From positions 25,717 to 89,716 of the forward strand of contig CBDUQR010000004.1 of assembly GCA_965369655.1 (NCBI GenBank): a stretch of DNA of 64,000 nt, in the 5' to 3' direction. Shown here piece by piece: positions 61,218-64,000 of this stretch. Under the pieces are notes generated by a model. That model was not told the origin of the DNA, did not search any database, and saw nothing but the letters and a program-made list of their open reading frames with translations. Every line of letters begins with the position of its first letter. Position 1 is the stretch's first letter. Source of the stretch: an uncultured bacterium (GTDB taxonomy: Bacteria; Zixibacteria; MSB-5A5; JAABVY01; JAHJOQ01). A program made the translations under genes and the position numbers.

Positions 61218-62669
61218 ATGGCTTCAAAACGTGCTCTGAGGATCTCTCTTGTGATCTTGGCAGCCGTGCTCCTGGTTTCGGAAGTTTATGCCGGAGGGTA
61301 TTCCGTTACGGGAGTAGGGTCTCGAGCCCGATCCATGGCTGGGGCTTTCCGGGCTGTGGCGGATGACTGGAGTGCGGTCTATTACAACCCCGCCGGTCTT
61401 GCGCGCATAGAGCAGTCACAACTGAATTTCTCTCTCGGCCTCGACAGCTACAGGCCGAGCTATGATCCCGACGTTACCATTGATGGTTACTCGTTCGGGT
61501 TCCCGACTGGCGAGCGGTACCCGGATGACATCGTGGTCAATTTCCCGAGTGCAGCCGGCGTCACAGTAGCGCCTTTCGGCCTGCCGGTAACGGCTGCATT
61601 TGCTGTCTATCAGACCTACGATGAGAATCTGCGGTGGGATATCTATCGGTTCCCGTATGGTTACAACGAAAATCAGGGACTGTTGCCTGTAATTGACTAT
61701 CGGAACAACTTCGACGTCATCGAATTCCACTCGGCATTCGCGACATCGTTCTCTGATGACAGGCTCCACGCCGGTCTTGGCATTTCGATGCGCCGCGTTG
61801 ATCTGTTCACGGAGAGCATCTACCTGGTTCCTTCGGATCTGGATGAACCGCTGAACGCGAGACCGTACGATTATTTCCCCACGACATCCATGATCAATGC
61901 TTTTGGTTTTGGGTTTGGCTTTAATCTCGGTCTCCTGTATGATGTCAGTGATGCCGTTTCTGTCGGAGCCAGTTATTTCTCCAAATCCACTGTGACTGTC
62001 AAAGGAGATGGCCTCGATGCGTTCTATGCTCCATACAACGAAGTCATTCACGACCCCGAAAACCTTGACAATATCAGCACGGTTTTCTCCGGTCGCACGA
62101 TTGTCCAAACGCAGGAAGTGGAAGCCGATGTTGTGATTCCATCCGAGTTTGGATTCGGGATCGCGTACAGTCCGTCCGACAATGTTACGCTTTCCGCGGA
62201 CCTTGCGTACACCAGATGGTCTGAGTTTGAGGATATCGAGGCTGTGGTCAAGGATTCGACGGGACCGGTCTACCTTGATGACTGGCCAACAGTCCAGAAA
62301 GCAATGCAGACTCCATCAGTTCTCTTGAATGACTGGGATGATGCGATCCGCCTGAGCTTCGGTGTCGAGGCGCTGGTTAGGGATCACATGAAAGTGCGGG
62401 GAGGCTACAGCTTCGATCAGAGCCCTGTTCCGGATGAAGCCGCCACGCCGCTCCTGAGTGACACCGGCGACAGGCACCATCTGACCGGTGGGCTCAGCTA
62501 CTTCCACAGGAATCTTGAGTTCTCCGCCGGCATCGAGTATGTAGCCATGCCGGAACGTGATGTCGATGAGCTTGTGGATATGAATAACGATGGTGTCCGG
62601 GACAATCTTTCCGGCACTTATAGTAACAAAGCATTCAACACGATGTTTTCGTTCACAATACGGTTTTAG
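61218..62669 (+). CDS. OmpP1/FadL-family outer-membrane transporter
   Basis: MAGAFRAVADDWSAVYYNPAGL hatch motif; C-terminal Phe. Confidence 0.9.
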   Translation: MASKRALRISLVILAAVLLVSEVYAGGYSVTGVGSRARSMAGAFRAVADDWSAVYYNPAGLARIEQSQLNFSLGLDSYRPSYDPDVTIDGYSFGFPTGERYPDDIVVNFPSAAGVTVAPFGLPVTAAFAVYQTYDENLRWDIYRFPYGYNENQGLLPVIDYRNNFDVIEFHSAFATSFSDDRLHAGLGISMRRVDLFTESIYLVPSDLDEPLNARPYDYFPTTSMINAFGFGFGFNLGLLYDVSDAVSVGASYFSKSTVTVKGDGLDAFYAPYNEVIHDPENLDNISTVFSGRTIVQTQEVEADVVIPSEFGFGIAYSPSDNVTLSADLAYTRWSEFEDIEAVVKDSTGPVYLDDWPTVQKAMQTPSVLLNDWDDAIRLSFGVEALVRDHMKVRGGYSFDQSPVPDEAATPLLSDTGDRHHLTGGLSYFHRNLEFSAGIEYVAMPERDVDELVDMNNDGVRDNLSGTYSNKAFNTMFSFTIRF

Positions 62670-62681
62670 CGGGAGATAGAC

Positions 62682-63893
62682 ATGGCAAATAGAATTGCGA
62701 TCATTTCGATACTGGTGGTTATGGTTGTTCTGTTGGCCGCGTGCGGAGACAGGGACAACCCGGCTGACCCAGGTGACATTCCACATGGTCTGGTATTCGC
62801 AGACTATCCCAGACAATTCAATACCGACGAGTTGATTGCTGGTGATACAAGTTGGGCCAACTATCAAAGCAGGAATATTGTCATCTACACGCCGCCCGGT
62901 TATGTGTTCGATCCTCCCGGCGAGGGTCCCAAGTTCCCGGCGTTGTATCTGCTTCACGATTTTATGGCTTACACAGATAACGGTGCGTCGTTCTTACACA
63001 ATCAGATCGGCCTGATTGCCGATCGGCTCATTGCTTCAGGAGAAATGCAGCCGATGCTCATTATCATGGCTGACATGTCCACTCCGATCGGTGGGTCGTT
63101 CTATGTTGATGGCTGGACACACTGGAATGCACAGAATCCTGTCAAGCTTGACGCAGGGAATTTCGAACAGGCGATCTCACGTGATCTTATCAGAATTATC
63201 GAGCAGGACGGATATCCCGGTCCGGCGTTCAATGTCATCCCGAAGCGTGAATCGAGAGCCATCGGCGGAATCGGAATGGGCGGCTACGGTGTGTTCAGGA
63301 TTGCCCTGAAGAACCCTGAACTGTTCAACTCAATCTCTTCGATCGACGGGTTCGTAGCTTTCGATGATGGTATCGAAAGCATCATCGACCAGGTTTTTAC
63401 CGAGAATGGTGTTACAGCAGGCGACAGGGACGCCTATCTCGAGAGTATAGATACGTCGTACTTCAAACCGTTCACAAATCTATTCTTCTCGATGGCGGGC
63501 GCTTTCTCCCCGCATGATACGCTCGGTGCCTACGACTCGACGTTCATGCATCAGTACGGCGTCGATCTGCCGTTCGATCAAAATGGCGACATCGTGGACG
63601 AGGTCTGGCAGAGGTGGCTTGACAACGATATCACGGTTTCTCTACTCGATGATTATCCGTCCGGCTTGGCCAACACGAAGATATACTTCGAGTATGGCGT
63701 TGGCAACCAGTACAATTCGCAGAGTCAGGCTCAGGCGCTTGCTCAGAAACTCGATGCTCTCGGCATTGACTACGAAAGCGCCAGCTATTCAGGTTACGAG
63801 AGTTATCCGGCGCGGCATGGGCTGTTCAACTCCGAGAGGCTTGCAGAGATATTGAAGTTCCACAGCAAGTACCTAAGCGATTCTGTCGATTAG
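62682..63893 (+). CDS. Lipoprotein alpha/beta-hydrolase (esterase family)
   Basis: Lipobox LAAC; IYTPPGY, LYLLH, RAIGGIGMGG. Confidence 0.85.
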   Translation: MANRIAIISILVVMVVLLAACGDRDNPADPGDIPHGLVFADYPRQFNTDELIAGDTSWANYQSRNIVIYTPPGYVFDPPGEGPKFPALYLLHDFMAYTDNGASFLHNQIGLIADRLIASGEMQPMLIIMADMSTPIGGSFYVDGWTHWNAQNPVKLDAGNFEQAISRDLIRIIEQDGYPGPAFNVIPKRESRAIGGIGMGGYGVFRIALKNPELFNSISSIDGFVAFDDGIESIIDQVFTENGVTAGDRDAYLESIDTSYFKPFTNLFFSMAGAFSPHDTLGAYDSTFMHQYGVDLPFDQNGDIVDEVWQRWLDNDITVSLLDDYPSGLANTKIYFEYGVGNQYNSQSQAQALAQKLDALGIDYESASYSGYESYPARHGLFNSERLAEILKFHSKYLSDSVD

Positions 63894-63917
63894 TTGCTGC
63901 TCATATCTGGTTATCTT

Positions 63918-63950
63918 GACGCCGGGATCACGTATTCCGGCGTTCTTTTT
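63918..63950 (+). terminator. Intrinsic terminator
   Basis: GACGCCGGGA..TTCCGGCGTT then CTTTTT. Confidence 0.75.
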
Positions 63951-64000
63951 GTGTGCCGAGCATGTTTGACAACTTGGAGGTGAGAGTCCTCTACACAACC

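Overview
Bacterial chromosomal window. The lineage is inferred to be candidate division Zixibacteria (or a close FCB relative) from nine secreted proteins ending in the same duplicated 'GD.D.SG.VDIDDVVYLI.YIF.GGP.P' dockerin-like module. Housekeeping genes: purL and mfd-PPIase-surA-rqcP/yabO-hflX. Other genes: a large extracellular/periplasmic proteolysis set (C1, two C25, S9, tricorn S41), transporters, a Ser/Thr kinase-TPR protein and FadL plus an esterase. Highlights: (1) a complete candidate ceramide synthesis locus (spt, bCerS, cerR); (2) a dockerin/cohesin-like surface system with a mosaic four-gene tandem array; (3) a defence-like patch around purL (DUF4020/Dsr1-like gene, orphan MTase-SNase flanked by a 146-bp direct repeat holding a restriction-gene stub, RxxxxH protein); (4) an integrase-less integron cassette pair with one attC; (5) REP-like palindromes, including a 192-bp element whose core is inverted between copies with compensatory stem changes, and a ~20-bp module nested in the loops of unrelated hairpins. 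No rRNA, tRNA, CRISPR array, transposase or integrase was seen. All calls are from reading the sequence by eye; no searches were run.
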